This document shows positions 63,038 to 64,000 of a stretch of 64,000 bases of DNA, in pieces. Numbering within the stretch: the stretch's first letter is position 1; each line of letters opens with the position of its first letter. The notes below the pieces were generated by a model that saw only the letters and a list, made by a program, of their open reading frames with translations, searched no databases and was not told the origin of the DNA. The translations under genes and the position numbers were made by a program. The DNA comes from Candidatus Omnitrophota bacterium (GTDB taxonomy: Bacteria; Omnitrophota; Gorgyraeia; JAUYCX01): the NCBI GenBank assembly GCA_030692045.1, contig JAUYCX010000049.1, forward strand, positions 106,643-170,642, in the 5' to 3' direction.

Positions 63038-64000
63038 GGCAATTTTCAATATCATAAGGCAAGAAACTTGCCATAATGTTGCAATCATTGATTCCTTTGA
63101 TTTCACAAATAGCTTATTTAAATTCTTATATAAAAAAGGTTATGCCTTTTTAGTAACTCACTTTCCGTCGGTTTGGGGTTTTTTTTATCGCCACACAGAT
63201 AAACCTCGCCATACATTTCTTAATTCATTTTTTAGTTTTTTTAATAATAATTTAAATTCTCCTAAGTTAAGAACTTTTCTTATGAAGGAAAAGCCTGATG
63301 TAATAATCTCAACCCATTTTTTTGCAAATGAAGTTATTTCAGAATTAAAAAAGAAAAATTTAGTTGAAGCAGAGCTTATTTGCATTATCACAGATTTCTT
63401 GGTGCACCATTATTGGTTGTCAGATGGCGTAGATAAATATTTAGTTGCTTGCTGGAAGACAAAGGAGCAACTGCTGTCATTAGGCGTTGTAGAAGAGAAG
63501 ATTAGGATTACAGGCATTCCTATAGATTCTAAGTTTTTTTTAGAGACTGATAGAAATGATATTTGCCAAAGATTAAATTTAAATCCTAATAAATTCAGCG
63601 CGCTTGTTGCAACCGGCACTTTTGGATTTAAGATAATTGAGCAAGTGGTCAACCTACTAAGAGATGAAGTACAACTATTAATTGTTTGTGGAAATAATAA
63701 AAGGCTATTTCAAAAGTTAAGCTCAATTAATCATGAAAACTTAAAGGTATTTGGATTGATTACGAATATGCATGAGCTTATGTCTGTGGTAGATGTAATT
63801 GTTACAAAACCGGGGGGATTAACTATCTCTGAAGCATTGGTTAAAAATTTACCGATGATTTTTATTTCACCAATTCCTGGTCAGGAAACGAATAATGCAA
63901 AGTTTTTTCAAGATAACGGATTGGCTGTGAATGCAAAAAATTTATTTCAAATAAAAGAAATAATTACCCAGTTTAAAAATAATAAAGATTCTTTAGAGCA
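62982..64000 (+). CDS. GT28-type glycosyltransferase (MGDG synthase/UgtP/MurG-like), 3' partial
   Basis: This ORF is absent from the track because it runs off the window. My own translation begins MKILIIHASAGQGHKRAAEAIFN .. PDVIISTHFF .. ITDFLVHHYW and ends with VIVTKPGGLTISEALVKNLPMIFISPIPGQETNNAKF. Overlaps gmhB by 56 nt. Confidence 0.7.
   Translation, partial: MKILIIHASAGQGHKRAAEAIFNIIRQETCHNVAIIDSFDFTNSLFKFLYKKGYAFLVTHFPSVWGFFYRHTDKPRHTFLNSFFSFFNNNLNSPKLRTFLMKEKPDVIISTHFFANEVISELKKKNLVEAELICIITDFLVHHYWLSDGVDKYLVACWKTKEQLLSLGVVEEKIRITGIPIDSKFFLETDRNDICQRLNLNPNKFSALVATGTFGFKIIEQVVNLLRDEVQLLIVCGNNKRLFQKLSSINHENLKVFGLITNMHELMSVVDVIVTKPGGLTISEALVKNLPMIFISPIPGQETNNAKFFQDNGLAVNAKNLFQIKEIITQFKNNKDSLE

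Noticed and set aside
1-64000. A search for tRNA, rRNA, CRISPR repeats, transposases or integrases, prophage or defence-system genes, cobalamin riboswitches and cobalamin biosynthesis or transport genes.
   Set aside because: I recognised none of these. The few non-coding gaps are too short or lack the conserved elements. No ORF shows DDE, tyrosine-recombinase, nuclease-helicase or toxin-antitoxin-like motifs.

Overview
This is an AT-rich bacterial window, roughly one-third G+C by eye. Every credible gene lies on the + strand: 56 CDS plus one gene remnant. I saw no rRNA or tRNA genes, mobile elements or CRISPR arrays. Genes are tightly packed, and many start/stop junctions overlap by 4-20 nt.

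The whole window reads as one very large cell-surface glycan locus of the LPS core/O-antigen or capsule type, using a Wzx/Wzy-dependent route. The conventional parts are:
- GT9 heptosyltransferase-like genes near both ends, plus GmhB and ManC.
- RfbF with a CDP-glucose-dehydratase-like SDR.
- A WbaP-type initiating phosphoglycosyltransferase, a Wzx flippase and two Wzy_C-type proteins.
- About a dozen GT2/GT4/GT26/GT28 transferases.
- Five extended SDR epimerase/dehydratases, a DegT aminotransferase and a nucleotide-sugar dehydrogenase.

The tailoring complement is what is unusual:
- Eight divergent B12-binding-domain radical SAM (rSAM) paralogues plus one SPASM/twitch rSAM.
- Two glutamine-dependent AsnB-type amidotransferases and four SAM methyltransferases.
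- A NodU/CmcH carbamoyltransferase with SxtJ- and SxtK-like partners; the SxtK-like ORF is a 52-aa gene absent from the supplied track.
- Two membrane-anchored SGNH hydrolases.
- A UbiA enzyme that resembles decaprenyl-phosphate phosphoribosyltransferase.

The rSAM genes recur in a repeated gene order: polyprenyl-phosphate sugar synthase, then B12-rSAM with or without an oxidoreductase, then a polytopic GT-C-like membrane protein. I interpret this as a candidate undescribed system for radical tailoring of lipid-linked sugars before periplasmic transfer.

All family calls come from motif recognition by eye. No database searches were run.
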